DNA of 64,000 nucleotides from an uncultured Gemmatimonadaceae bacterium (GTDB lineage Bacteria; Gemmatimonadota; Gemmatimonadetes; Gemmatimonadales; Gemmatimonadaceae): positions 288,001 to 352,000 of the forward strand of contig CAWAGQ010000007.1 in the NCBI GenBank assembly GCA_963781585.1, in the 5' to 3' direction. Of this stretch, positions 36,480-47,223 are shown piece by piece; the first letter of the stretch is position 1, and every line of letters begins with the position of its first letter. The notes below the pieces were generated by a model. It was not told the DNA's origin, ran no database searches, and saw only the letters and a list, made by a program, of their open reading frames with translations. The position numbers were made by a program, and so were the translations under genes.

Positions 36480-37549
36480 GATGACGTTGCGACCGTGCTG
36501 CGCTCCTGCTTTGCGGGCACCGACATGTCGGCAGCAATCAGCTTCAATGCAGCTACGAGCGCATTGGCAAGTTCCTCTGACGGGTCTTCGCGCTCGAGCG
36601 CAGTCTGCGGATGCGAGACATTTCGCGATCTCCGCAGCAAGATCGCAAGCTGGCCGTGCTCCTCAGTTATCCATCCCCGACTGCTTGCGAACTTCCCCAA
36701 GTCGTAAGCGCGCTGCCGCCGCCAATTGTCGCCCCATTTCGCTTGGCACTCTGCTTCGTGACGCTGACACACATCAAGCACGACGGTCTCCAGACATGAG
36801 CCCGCAAGTATCACTGTAGACTTGAACGCACCATGGCTGTGTACCAGGGACAACTCCGCCAACTCGCTTTGCAGCAGCGCATCGAGTCGTGGATCAGCCA
36901 ATCGATATTGGCCCAGGGCCAGTGACTCGTTACCACCGCTTGGATTTCCTGGCGCATAGTTGGGCTGCACCGGCAAGAACGGCAAGGTGGCTCTCTCGTC
37001 GCGCTCGATTTGTCGAGTCACCTGCCGGAATCGTTTGAACGAATCGATGCCACGGTAGAAGAAGGCCTTCTCCGACGGCTTGAGAGAGAACGTGCTGTTG
37101 TCAGAGGGCCAGGAGCCGCCGGTCCAGATTCGACTCGCTTGCTGCAGAAGGGCGCCGACGCGAGCGCGCTCGACACCGGATATTCCGAGGGCGTGACCGA
37201 TTTCGGCTGCGTCCACTATCGCGCCCGGCTGCTTCTCGTAGTGCGCTGCGACGAACGCCGCGGCCTGCGCAAGTCGTGCAAGATCATCAGCGGCCGCTGG
37301 CATCGCCGCCAGTGCCTCGAGGCGGATCTCGCACCGGCCGTCGTCGCCCTCTTGGCACAGGATCTTGGCGGTCCCCAGCTTGGCTGCCACGACGCGTACG
37401 TTCATTCGCGGCCCGTAAGCGATTTGGAGGTCGCGCACTCGTGGCCAGTAGCCGTGCTCACGAAAGTATTCGTAGCAATCTCCGAGAAGACGCGAGGATT
37501 TCACGACGTTATGGATGGAGCGGCGCAGTCCGGAGGTCGTTGCTGACAC
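36480..37549 (-). CDS. hypothetical protein with putative C-terminal HEPN-like (DUF4145-type) domain
   Basis: GAFKSTVILAGSCLETVVLD...LRRSRNVSHP; 3' end uncertain because the raw ORF reads through to 35213. Confidence 0.55.
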
Positions 37550-37600
37550 ACCAAGCTAGCTTCCATGCCAGCGGGCAGGAGAGGGCCAACACTCTAAAGA

Positions 37601-38979
37601 GGGTCTTCTCCCGATCGACTGGGAATAATTGTGAGGTTTTTGGTTGAGACGGGGTGAGGCAGACTGAGCACGAGCCTTGCGTGACACGGCAGTGAGCGCA
37701 GGATGGGCGCATGCCAAGACGCCATCGAAAGCGCCGCCTCTGGGACGTGTACCGCTTCCCCGGGTTTTCGCCCAGCGCCACGATCACGGGGATCTTCGGT
37801 GATCCGCAGGCGCGGGTCATCACCCTCACGCGGCGCGCAAAAAACACGCTGCGGCACCTGTGGCCTGGTGCATCACACGTGGTACGATCGGCAGACGCGC
37901 CGCGTCCGCGATCTCTCGTGTGGCGATCGGCGAATCTATCTCGACCTCGAGCTCCGGCGCGTGGCGTGCCGGCGCTGCGGCACGGTGAAGCAGGAGCGGT
38001 TGGACTTCCTCGCCGACTCGCCGTTTTACACCAAACGTTTCGCCTTCTTCGTCGGTCGCCGATGTCGCGCGGCGACGATTCAGGATGTCGCCCGGGAGAC
38101 GCACCTGAATTGGAAGACTATCAAGGCGCTCGAAATGCAGTAGATGCGCGAGCAACTCCGCCGTACGGGCACGCCGGGGCCGCGGATCATCGGCCTCGAC
38201 GAGGTCTCGATCCGCAAAGGGCAGAGCTATCGCATCGTCGTGAGCGACTTGGTGCGCCGGCGGCCGATCTGGTTCGGCGGCACCGATCGCTCGGAAGCCA
38301 GCTTGGATCGGTTCTTCACTTGGCGCGGGCCGCGCAAGAGCGCGCGCATTCAGTTGGCGGTGATGGACATGTGGAAGGCGTTTACCAAATCGACGCGCAC
38401 GAACGCGCCGCACGCCAAGATTCTCTTCGACAAGTTTCATGTGCTCCGGCACCTCAGCGACGCGTTGGACACGGTCCGCAAGCACGAGTACGCGCGACTG
38501 AAGGGCAAAGATCGTCGCTTCATCAAGGGCCAGAAATACACGCTGCTCTCGCACCGCGAGAACCTCACGCTCGAAGGACGGCAGGCTCTCCAGACGCTGC
38601 TCCGCGCGAACAAGCGTCTCCACACGGCGTATCTCCTCAAGGAGTCCTTCGGGCAGCTGTGGGACTACCAGCGCGAGGGGTGGGCGCGCCGCTTCTTCGA
38701 GCACTGGCGGGCGGCGTTGAAGTGGCAGCGCCTGAAACCCTATGAAGCATTCGCCATGATGATCGAGCGGCACTGGGACGGCATCGCCGCTTACTGCGAA
38801 CCGGAGAACAAAGTGTCGCTCGGCTTCGTGGAAGGGTTGAACAACAAGATTCGCGTGCTGCAGCGACGGGCCTACGGCCTCCCTGATCCCGAGTTATCTC
38901 CGCCTCAAAGTCCTGACGTGCATGCTTCCGGAAATCTGAAAAACATCACAAAATCATCCACTCGTTTGGGAGAAGACTC
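37601..38979 (+). mobile_element. ISL3-family insertion sequence (1379 bp)
   Basis: Imperfect terminal IRs GGGTCTTCTCCCGATCGACTGG and (reverse complement) GAGTCTTCTCCCAAACGAGTGG; 8-bp direct repeat TCTAAAGA at 37593-37600 and 38980-38987. Confidence 0.92.
37711..38939 (+). pseudogene. ISL3 transposase, interrupted
   Basis: Zinc finger CGTC...CRRC, IGLDE, MDMWKAF, FDKFH, VEGLNNKIRVLQRRAYG; frameshift at AAAAAAC (~37840), in-frame TAG at 38141, frameshift near 38894. Confidence 0.88.
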
Positions 38980-39185
38980 TCTAAAGAGAGGTCCGGTCAG
39001 GAACCCTCAACTGACTCCGGAGCAGGCGCTTCGCCGCGAGCGAGGCCCAAACGCCGATGGATGAACCGACGGCAATCAACCGCGCCGCTACAGCCCCGCG
39101 CCTTCCGCGTGCCGGGTAGAGGACTGGCGGCGGACCTCGGGGCCACGCGCCACGGTCAATTCCAAGTGGGCGAGCCCACGAGACG

Positions 39186-39743
39186 TCAATCGATGCGTCG
39201 ACGGGCACTCAGGGTGGTTCTGGGTTTGCTGAACTGGAACGCGCTCGATGTTCGATCGTCCAGGGCGAGCGAACTGCTGGATTGGTCGATGAGGAACAGT
39301 CGAAGGTGGTATGTGCCACCGGTCCCGCTATACGGCCACTCACCTGGGGAATGAGAGGAGTTCACCTCCCCAATGCGCAGAGTATCCTCGACGAGCGTGC
39401 CCTGCGGAATGGACGTGAACCGATTCGGCAGGTCCAGACAGCCCGCGATCCACTGCCGCTCCAAGGTGCCGTCGGTCTCCCGCAGCAATTCCGCACCACA
39501 ACGGTCGCGGTAGATCACGCCCGGGCCAAGGTTGTCGATGCTGAAGCGTATGTGAATATCCGCAGCGTCTCCCAGTACTGTCGCGTGTGCCGACACGATC
39601 TGGATTCGCGCGAGACCGGGGCGCAGTCCGGACGGGGAGCGACAGTCCACCAGAAGGAGGATCGCCGCCAGAAACGTGACACGGCCTAAGAACAAGCCGG
39701 CGCGCCCACCGCCATCACATTCAGCGTCTGTGTCGTGAAGCAT
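39186..39743 (-). CDS. putative lipoprotein, Ig-like hypothetical
   Basis: FLAAILLLVDC lipobox-like segment; beta-rich body ending GTYHLRLFL...RTSSAF; start uncertain. Confidence 0.5.
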   Translation of the reverse strand: MLHDTDAECDGGGRAGLFLGRVTFLAAILLLVDCRSPSGLRPGLARIQIVSAHATVLGDAADIHIRFSIDNLGPGVIYRDRCGAELLRETDGTLERQWIAGCLDLPNRFTSIPQGTLVEDTLRIGEVNSSHSPGEWPYSGTGGTYHLRLFLIDQSSSSLALDDRTSSAFQFSKPRTTLSARRRID

Positions 39744-41250
39744 TGGCCGAGCGCGGCGCAGTCGTGATGAGCTTCGTAGCAATTGGATCAGGCGATGCCG
39801 CTGGTACCGCAGACTGGCACGGGAAGAACCAACAATCGCAGCCTCCCGGCAACGGACAGAGCGCCAGGTTCAAATGCGCGGTGATGTTGCCCCATCGGCT
39901 GTACCAGTACAAGCAGCCGGAAGTGCATGTCTGGCCGTTGACAATGGTCCCGGCATAGTATACGCCAAGAATGAAGTAGGGCGCATTCTGACTGTTCGAG
40001 GCCGGCGATGTGAAGACCGGAGCTCCGCTGTCTCCGCCCCCAGTGCGACTGCCTGTTACTCGGTCCGAACATAAGATCACTGAGCCGTCGATGACCTCGT
40101 TGACGCAGGTCCCGTTCACGGTACCTCGTGTCCATCCAGTGGTTCGGCCCACCTTGTCCACGCTGGAGTTCATCACGGCATCGGTCGCGCCCATCGGATT
40201 AACAAACCAGAAATCAGCTTCGAGGGACGGAGTGCCGTAGTTCGTGGCAACATACGTGGTCTTTACGACGCGCTTGACGCCGGTGTCCCCGGGAGTATTG
40301 GCGTACTTCACGAACATTGCATCCGCAAGGGCGCACAGACTAACGCCCATACAGTCCGCATCGGCCCGCGTCCATGCCGGGTTGGTGTGGACATAGCCCA
40401 AACGATTCTGCGTGTACGGGAAGCTTCCTCTGGTGGGCTGGTGAATGTAATCGTTGACTCCGCCTGAGCCGACCGTTGCCGCGTCGCAATGCGATGCAGT
40501 CAGAAAGCCTTCACCCACGCCCGTGCCGTGGACGTTCCAAGCCAGGGTGCAGACCTCGTAGCTGTCATTCTGGATCGAGTAGCCGGCTGATGTTGGCCGG
40601 ATGCGTGCGGAAAGCGAATGCTGCAAGCTCCCGGGTACGCCCGGCTCGATACTCAGCGCATCCTGCGGAATCTGAAACTCCTCAGCAAGGGTACGCACGT
40701 CAGCTTGTGCGGATGCGGTGGCGATGCGGACTACGACGCGATTACGCTCCTCGTCAGCGTCAATTCCCAGGAATGAGGGAACTGATGCTATCCTTGGCAT
40801 GAGAAGCTTTTCCCAAGCCAAGAGGGATGAAAAGGAGTAGTCCGCCTTGTAAATGGAGATGCCTGGTCCCGATATCACCTCACTCGCAAGACCAACCCCA
40901 CCTCTGCTCTCGCGGCCATGCCGCGTAGTTCCACGGTGGCCTCGTCTCCGCGGGCTAGGTCTGTGACCGAGACGACCACCCCGCCCCCATACCTGTCCAG
41001 GAAGATCCCTCCTACCTGCGGAACGTGGCTTTCGAGGCGGAGAATATCATCTTCGACGCCTCGGTACTTTCGACCGGCTGCTGCAGCGGCCAGTTCCTGG
41101 CGCGCGATGTTCGATCCAGCCGTGTAAGCCGTGCGAACGGGATTTGGCCGGAGAGGTTCATCCGCACACGCAGCTGCACCGACCACCAAGCACCCTGCAG
41201 CGAGGCCAAAGGTAAGAAACCTCGACTCCTGCCGATTTGAACTCTCGCAT
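39721..41250 (-). CDS. secreted S1 (alpha-lytic/streptogrisin-like) serine protease with pro-region, frameshifted
   Basis: Triad motifs FLTASHC, ADAMFV, GGDSGAP; VDKVGRTTGWTRG; pro-region IDADEERNRVVV; lipobox-like VGAAAC; frameshift near 40878. Confidence 0.82.
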
Positions 41251-41515
41251 GGTGACCAATCCTTCTGGCTCAGGTCAAGAGCCGTCGTACAACTCTACGA
41301 CTATTCGGTGCTGGAGGCAAGCAAGTGTCGCACGAGGTGATCCATCGGGGGTGAAGCGACGACGCGGATAGGGTGGTGAAACTCTGCCATCCAAGGTCGG
41401 CAGCCCATTCCATGACCCCGTAGTGCCTCATCGCTGCTGCATCGCTGTACCGAAATGGACCGGTCACAGTGGAGAGTCATGCGGCCATGATTGCGCCCCG
41501 ACTCACGGTTGGCTG

Positions 41516-44176
41516 CTACTCGCCCCTGAGCGCCTCCGCCGGATCCGCTTTCGTGGCGCGACGTGCGGGGACCATGGTCGCCGCGAGCGCGACCGCCGCC
41601 AGCACCGCCACCGCGAGGCCCAGCGACAGCGGATCGGTGGCCGCCACGTCCACCAGCTGACTCCGGAGGACTCGCGTCGCAGCGAGCGAGGCCAGCACGC
41701 CGACCGATGCCCCGACGACAACCACCCGCGCCGCCCCTCCGAGCACGAACAGCAGGAGTCCCCAGGCGCCGGCTCCGAGTGCCGCGCGCACCGCCAGTTC
41801 ACGATGCCGCTGCGCCACCGCATACGCGAGCATGCCATAGACGCCAAACGCCGAGAGAAGCACGGCCAGGCCGCCGAACAGCGAGAGCAGATCGAGCGTC
41901 ATCCGGCGCGGAGCCAGCTCGTTACTGAACGAACGGGCGAGCGTGCTCGTCTCCACGGGCACGGTGCGATCGACGGCGCGCGCGACGCGCTGAACCGCCT
42001 GGACGGACTGTTCAGCACGACCGGTCGTACGGACCACGGCGGTCATTCCGAACACCCAGTAGGGAACCTGTCGCCAGGAGACGTACATCTCGGCTTTCAT
42101 GTCCGACTCGACACCGTAGTGCCTGACGTTGCTCACCTCACCGATGATCCGGATCCACGCCGCGGGCGCGCCGGTGAACCCTCCTGCTTCCATGCTCGTC
42201 GCGCGCACGAAGTGTCCGAGCGGGCTCTGCCCCGGCCAGTACTTCTCGGTCATCGCCCGATTCACCAGCGCCACGCGCTCACCCCGGGCCACGTCGGTGG
42301 GGGCGATCCATCGTCCCGCCAGGAGGCGCACACCGAGCGCGGCGAGATAGTCCTCGCTGACCACGCGGTAGCCGGCGCCGGCGTTCGGCGTCTCCTTCAT
42401 GTCGAGGTCGATGAAGCCCGTGCCGCCGCCATTGAGCGGTACCGCGTTGGCCACTCCCACCCGCGTCACACCGGGGATCGCGCGCAATCGCGCGAGGAGT
42501 TGTTCCCAGTAGGCGTACGCCAGCGTCGTATCGCGCCGGAATCGGGGCGCCGACGGCGTGGCCGTGACCGTCACCACATTGGTGGTGAATCCGAGGTCGC
42601 GGCCCAGCAGCGCGCGAAAGCTGCGTACGAGCAGCGTGGTGGAGGACAGCAGGAGCACGGCGACGGCGATCTGCCCCGCCACCAACGGGGCCGCCGGCAC
42701 GCCGTGCCCGCCGCGCGCCGCGCCGCGATCGCCTGACGCCAGAACGCCGCGCAGCGCGCCGCGGGCGCCCAGCACCGCCGGCGCCAGGCCGGTGAGGATG
42801 CCGGCAACCAACGACACCGCGAGCGCGAACGCGAGGACCGGGAGATCCGCCGTCACCTGGTCCGCGCGCGGGATCCGAGATCCCCAGAGCAGAAGGACCA
42901 CCCGCAGCGAGCCAAAGGCGATCAGCGTTCCCAGCGCACCGGCCACCAGTGCGAGGGCCACGTGCTCCACCAGGAGCTGCCTGACGAGTCGGGCCCGATC
43001 GGCACCGAGGGCGGCGCGCACCGCCAGCTCGCGCAACCGCGTGACCCCGCGACCGAGATTGGCCGCCGACACGTTGGCGCAGGCAATGAGCAGCAGGAGC
43101 ACCACCGCGCCCATGAGCAGCGTGAAGTAGCTCCGGCTTTCCGCAACCATCGTCTCGCGCAATCCTCCCACATGCACGCCGTACGAGTAGAGGGCGCTCG
43201 GATCCCCGGCGCGCGCATTCGATGCGATCCGGGACAGTTCGCGTTGCGCAGCCGCGATCGAAATGCCCGGCGCGAGCCGGCCGATTGCCTCGTAGTTGAC
43301 GTTGTTGCGCGACGGATTTGAACGGCGGTCGAACGGGACGGGAATCCAGAGATCCGTTCCTGGAGGGTACTCGTCTCCCGAGGCGATCACCCCGACCACC
43401 GCGAGCTCGCGATTGGCCCCGTGCACGCGAGTGGCAAGCGTAGAATCGCCTCCCAGCATGTTCTGCCAGAACGCCTCGCTCACCACCGCCACGGCCGCGC
43501 CCGACTCGGCCTCGTCGGCGGCAAACGGGCGCCCGAGGGTGAATCGCGGGCGCAGGACGCGGAGAAAATCCGACGACACGACGGCGCCGGGGACATACAT
43601 CGCTCCGTCGCTGCCGACAATGTTGAACTGCAGCTGTTGGAGGATCGCCGACGCGTCGAGCACCGCCGCATCGTGCCAGTCGAGCCAACCGGCCGAGGAA
43701 ACCCGGGGGAAATGTCCACCGGTCGAGTCCGTCGATTCCAGCTCCACCAGCCGCCCGGACTGGGGAAACGACAGCGGCTGCAGCAGCACGTGGTCGACCA
43801 GCGTGAACGTGGTCGTCGCGAGACCGATGGCCACCCCGAGCGTCACGATGCCGAGGGCGGTCAGGGCCGGCGCCCGCCGACTTTGCCGGAATGCGAAGCG
43901 CAGGTCGTCGCGGAGAGCGCCGACCAGATCGCGTCGCGTCAGGGCCGCATCACGCTTGCGCGCCCCACTCCGCAGTCCGGAGCGCGCGCGTGGAAAATCG
44001 CCGAACCGAGCCATCGCCTCGGCGCGCGCCTGGTCGGGAGAGCGGCCGCGCCGCACCAGGTCGTCGATGCACAGCTGGAGGTGCGTCTCGAGCTCCTCGT
44101 CCAGCTCGGCCGCGAGCCGGGCGCGGCGTCCGAGTCCGGGGCGGAGCAGGCGGCGATAGCGACGCGGTTCGGCCAT
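41516..44176 (-). CDS. ADOP-type duplicated ABC permease
   Basis: ELDEELETHL...ARFGD prefix, LLLIACANVS, RELAVRAALGA twice, PARRATKADPAEALRGE. Confidence 0.92.
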   Translation of the reverse strand: MAEPRRYRRLLRPGLGRRARLAAELDEELETHLQLCIDDLVRRGRSPDQARAEAMARFGDFPRARSGLRSGARKRDAALTRRDLVGALRDDLRFAFRQSRRAPALTALGIVTLGVAIGLATTTFTLVDHVLLQPLSFPQSGRLVELESTDSTGGHFPRVSSAGWLDWHDAAVLDASAILQQLQFNIVGSDGAMYVPGAVVSSDFLRVLRPRFTLGRPFAADEAESGAAVAVVSEAFWQNMLGGDSTLATRVHGANRELAVVGVIASGDEYPPGTDLWIPVPFDRRSNPSRNNVNYEAIGRLAPGISIAAAQRELSRIASNARAGDPSALYSYGVHVGGLRETMVAESRSYFTLLMGAVVLLLLIACANVSAANLGRGVTRLRELAVRAALGADRARLVRQLLVEHVALALVAGALGTLIAFGSLRVVLLLWGSRIPRADQVTADLPVLAFALAVSLVAGILTGLAPAVLGARGALRGVLASGDRGAARGGHGVPAAPLVAGQIAVAVLLLSSTTLLVRSFRALLGRDLGFTTNVVTVTATPSAPRFRRDTTLAYAYWEQLLARLRAIPGVTRVGVANAVPLNGGGTGFIDLDMKETPNAGAGYRVVSEDYLAALGVRLLAGRWIAPTDVARGERVALVNRAMTEKYWPGQSPLGHFVRATSMEAGGFTGAPAAWIRIIGEVSNVRHYGVESDMKAEMYVSWRQVPYWVFGMTAVVRTTGRAEQSVQAVQRVARAVDRTVPVETSTLARSFSNELAPRRMTLDLLSLFGGLAVLLSAFGVYGMLAYAVAQRHRELAVRAALGAGAWGLLLFVLGGAARVVVVGASVGVLASLAATRVLRSQLVDVAATDPLSLGLAVAVLAAVALAATMVPARRATKADPAEALRGE

Positions 44177-44178
44177 GG

Positions 44179-44532
44179 TCAGGCGCTTCGCGACGTGAGG
44201 GCGAGGATGCCCGACACCGATGCCGCGTACCGGCGCCAGGTCTCGGCGTCGGCGCGGAGGCGGGTGCGCCCGGCCGTGGTCAGGCGGTAGTAGCGCGCGC
44301 GGCGGTTGTTCTCGCTCACGCCCCATTCGGCGGTCACCAGGTCGCGCGCCTCGAGGCGCTGGAGAGCCTGGTACAGCGCGCTGTCGTCCACGCCTAACGC
44401 GCCGTCGGAGCGCTGCTCGAGGAACGAGGCGATGCCGTAGCCGTGCATCGCGCCCCACGAGAGGGTCTTCAGGATCAGGAGGTCGAGCGTCCCCTTGAGC
44501 AGCGGCAGGTTCGCAGCGTCGTCCTTCGGCAC
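44179..44532 (-). CDS. PadR family transcriptional regulator
   Basis: LLKGTLDLLILKTL, MHGYGI, SALYQALQRLE, WGVSENNRRARYYRLT. Confidence 0.93.
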   Translation of the reverse strand: MPKDDAANLPLLKGTLDLLILKTLSWGAMHGYGIASFLEQRSDGALGVDDSALYQALQRLEARDLVTAEWGVSENNRRARYYRLTTAGRTRLRADAETWRRYAASVSGILALTSRSA

Positions 44533-44539
44533 AGCACTC

Positions 44540-44591
44540 TCCCCGTATGTGCTAAGGGGGAATGGTAGCACCGCCGTGTCGCGACCCGCAA
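44540..44591 (-). promoter_or_regulatory. sigma70-type promoter and palindromic operator of padR
   Basis: Minus strand TTGCGG-N18-TACCAT followed by CCCCTTA-N5-TACGGGG overlapping the RBS. Confidence 0.6.
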
Positions 44592-44602
44592 GCGAGGAAC
44601 CG

Positions 44603-45019
44603 TCAGCGGCCGACTGCGCCCGGTGCCGTCAGCGAGGGCCCAACGGTGACGACTGCGTTCCGACACGCGGCGCCACACGCGCGGCCATTGGGGAACCGGT
44701 CTTCGTACACCGGCTGAAGCTCCTGTGTCGTCGTGTCACCACGCGTGATGACGCGGATTCTAACCCAGGCGGGGGTGAAGTCCGGGAACAGGGCGGACGC
44801 ATCTCCGCAGCCCGCAGAAAGTGGGCAGGTCCAACGGTACACGGGACCCGAATCGTCCTCCTCTGCCTCGATGGCGACGACGTTGGCAACGCCGGACGCT
44901 TGAACGATCAGCCCGTTCGGGCATCCAATCAGCGTGCAAACGAGGGGGTCCGTGGCGCACGCCACGACGCCGTAGGCGAGTACCAGCACCCATGTTGTTC
45001 GGGGAGCGGTGGGACGCAC
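44603..45019 (-). CDS. Cys-rich putative lipoprotein
   Basis: Lipobox VVAC; CTLIGC, CPLSAGC and PNGRACGAAC. Confidence 0.6.
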   Translation of the reverse strand: MRPTAPRTTWVLVLAYGVVACATDPLVCTLIGCPNGLIVQASGVANVVAIEAEEDDSGPVYRWTCPLSAGCGDASALFPDFTPAWVRIRVITRGDTTTQELQPVYEDRFPNGRACGAACRNAVVTVGPSLTAPGAVGR

Positions 45020-45224
45020 GGCTATTCACTGGAAGGGGACGAGATCGACAGCAAGCGCCGGGCAAGTCGGGAGGAATCACCGCGCCAGCGCCGAATTCAG
45101 ATTACGCTACCCGAGCGTCGATTGCAAGCGCCGCGCCTCTTGCCCCCCTCATGCGTCCGCTCGGCCGAGCTCTCAGCGTTTCGCGTTGCCAGTTCGCGAC
45201 GATCGGATCACCGAGACCCTGAAG

Positions 45225-45971
45225 TCAGCGTCCCGCACGCTCGAGGTAGCTCGGTATGGATTCGCTGGGGTTCGCTCGACGGCCGTGCGCTCGTTCCGCA
45301 ATTCCCTTGGCCATCTGTATCGCCGCCGACGCGACATGCACGAAGGGGCTTTGCGTACGGCGTCCAACCGCTCGCGCCAACCGCAACGACTGTCGGAATT
45401 CGTCGGCGGTGTGGAACTCCGGCAGTTCCGTCCAGGCCGCGCCGATCTCGCGGGGGAAATGGCTGTCGCTGCCCGCAGCAGCCGGGAGCTGCCGCGACTC
45501 CGCGGCACGCAACGCACGGCCATTCCAGAGCCCGAGGAACGCGCGGGAGTTGAACACTTCCACCAAGTCCGCCACCCCGATCGCCTCCTCGGCATGCCGC
45601 GCCGGCTCGGTGAGGTAGGCATACGGATGCGGGGCATACACCACGCCGCCCTGGGCCCGGATGCGCTCCGCGGTCTCACGTACCGGGAGTCCTGGTGGAA
45701 TCCGCTCGTGAAGGAAGAGCCCGATGAGATGCGTTCGCTCCCGGGTATCGATCTCCTCACCGATGATGATCAGCGACGGATCGATCGCGCTCGCGGCGCG
45801 GGCTCCATCTATGGTGTTATGGTCCGTCACGGCGATGCGGTGCAGTCCGACCGCGCGCGCGCGGGCAACCAGCTGTGCCGGTGCCATCACCGAATCGCGC
45901 GAGTACCGCGTGTGCGAATGTAGATCGACCTTCACGACTGCTGTCTCTCCCGTGGCCGTGGCGAGTTGCAT
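45225..45971 (-). CDS. PHP-domain phosphoesterase
   Basis: DLHSHT, AVTDHN, GEEI, APHP, EVFNSR, GSDSH. Confidence 0.9.
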   Translation of the reverse strand: MQLATATGETAVVKVDLHSHTRYSRDSVMAPAQLVARARAVGLHRIAVTDHNTIDGARAASAIDPSLIIIGEEIDTRERTHLIGLFLHERIPPGLPVRETAERIRAQGGVVYAPHPYAYLTEPARHAEEAIGVADLVEVFNSRAFLGLWNGRALRAAESRQLPAAAGSDSHFPREIGAAWTELPEFHTADEFRQSLRLARAVGRRTQSPFVHVASAAIQMAKGIAERAHGRRANPSESIPSYLERAGR

Positions 45972-46103
45972 ACCGCCGGGACCAGGAGATGTGCCACCCG
46001 TCAGGCCCCGTCCCGGTCTCCGCCTACGGAGACGACCAGCATTCGGACTGCGAAACGGGCCTGTGGCCTTCCGTTCACACCCTGCACCATCACCAACGTC
46101 GCG

Positions 46104-46883
46104 CTACGTCGCCATCATGAAGTCGACCGCGGTCGCCGCGATATCGGGCGGCACCATGTGATCGCCATCGAACTCATGGTAATCCACCACGAATCCTTCA
46201 TTCTCCAGCGTCGGAACGATGAGGCGGCTCGCCTGGTCAATCGGCAGAATCGTGTCCTGGCGGCCGTGGGAGATGAAGATCCGGGGTTTGGTCGGCTGGA
46301 TCTGCGTGGTGGTGACGAACCCGGGCGAGAACGCGACCAGGCGTGTGAACAGCGCCGAGTTCAGGATGCCCACGCCCAGGGCATAGGATGCGCCATCGGA
46401 GAACCCTTCCAGGCAAATGCGCGTGGGATCGACCGCGCAGCGGTCGAACGTCAGTTGGAGTCCGGCGTCGATGGTCACGATGTCCGGGCCGTAGTCGCCC
46501 CGGATGGCGTCCCAGGTGAACGAGAGCGAGTCGGGTACCAGGAGGAGAAAGCCGGCGGATTGGGCGTAGGGTCCGAGGAACGCGAGTGGTCCGTCAGCCG
46601 TGATGCCGGCGCCGTGCAATGACACCATCAAGGGCAGCGGCGTGGTCGAGACGTAGCCGTCGGGCACGATCAGCGTGCAGCTCGGCGAATCGTTCCAGAG
46701 ACGGTACTGCCCGCGCGTGGTGGTCTGCGACGGCGTCCCCGGGCGTGACGAGAGCCGTGCCCGCGTCGGGTCGAAGGCAGGGACGTCGGTGTTGCCGAGC
46801 CGGCAGGCGAGACCGGCGGCGGTCGCACCCACAGCGGCGCAGAACTGGCGTCGGCTGAGGGGTCGAGATGAGAGCGCGGGCAC
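46104..46883 (-). CDS. Tat-exported alpha/beta hydrolase (phospholipase/carboxylesterase)
   Basis: SRRQFC twin-arginine signal; LHGAG, GFSDG, HGRQD, FDGDH. Confidence 0.88.
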   Translation of the reverse strand: MPALSSRPLSRRQFCAAVGATAAGLACRLGNTDVPAFDPTRARLSSRPGTPSQTTTRGQYRLWNDSPSCTLIVPDGYVSTTPLPLMVSLHGAGITADGPLAFLGPYAQSAGFLLLVPDSLSFTWDAIRGDYGPDIVTIDAGLQLTFDRCAVDPTRICLEGFSDGASYALGVGILNSALFTRLVAFSPGFVTTTQIQPTKPRIFISHGRQDTILPIDQASRLIVPTLENEGFVVDYHEFDGDHMVPPDIAATAVDFMMAT

Positions 46884-46907
46884 GGAAGAGAGATTGTGAT
46901 GCGGGTT

Positions 46908-46966
46908 GTGGCCTATGGCCTATGCCCACTGGCCCATGGCGTATGGCCCATGGCCTATGGCCTATG
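46908..46966. repeat. degenerate 7-bp tandem repeat (TGGCCTA), about 8 units
   Basis: TGGCCTA TGGCCTA TGCCCAC TGGCCCA TGGCGTA TGGCCCA TGGCCTA TGGCCTA. Confidence 0.8.
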
Positions 46967-47223
46967 ACCTTTGGTCTCTTCCCCTAATTCCGCCCGTTCT
47001 CGGGCCTTCGGCAGACTGTGTGTGACCAGGTGTACTCCCCGCGTGACGACCGGCGCGCCATGGCGGATGAAGATGGCCGGCACCTCCTGGAGCGAACCCG
47101 GCGGCTCTCGAAGGGCCCACTCGAGAGCCGGTGAAACCACGCTGACGACGGGGGGTCGCCCGGCCGTGGGGAAACGGTTGGAGGAAGGACGCGCGATCGG
47201 CGCCCGTCTTCGCGGCCGGCCGG

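Noticed and set aside
35213..36480. C-terminal ~420 aa of the 778-aa ORF
   Set aside because: Arg/Gly/Pro-rich off-frame read-through overlapping the TolB-like gene; probably a lost stop or frameshift
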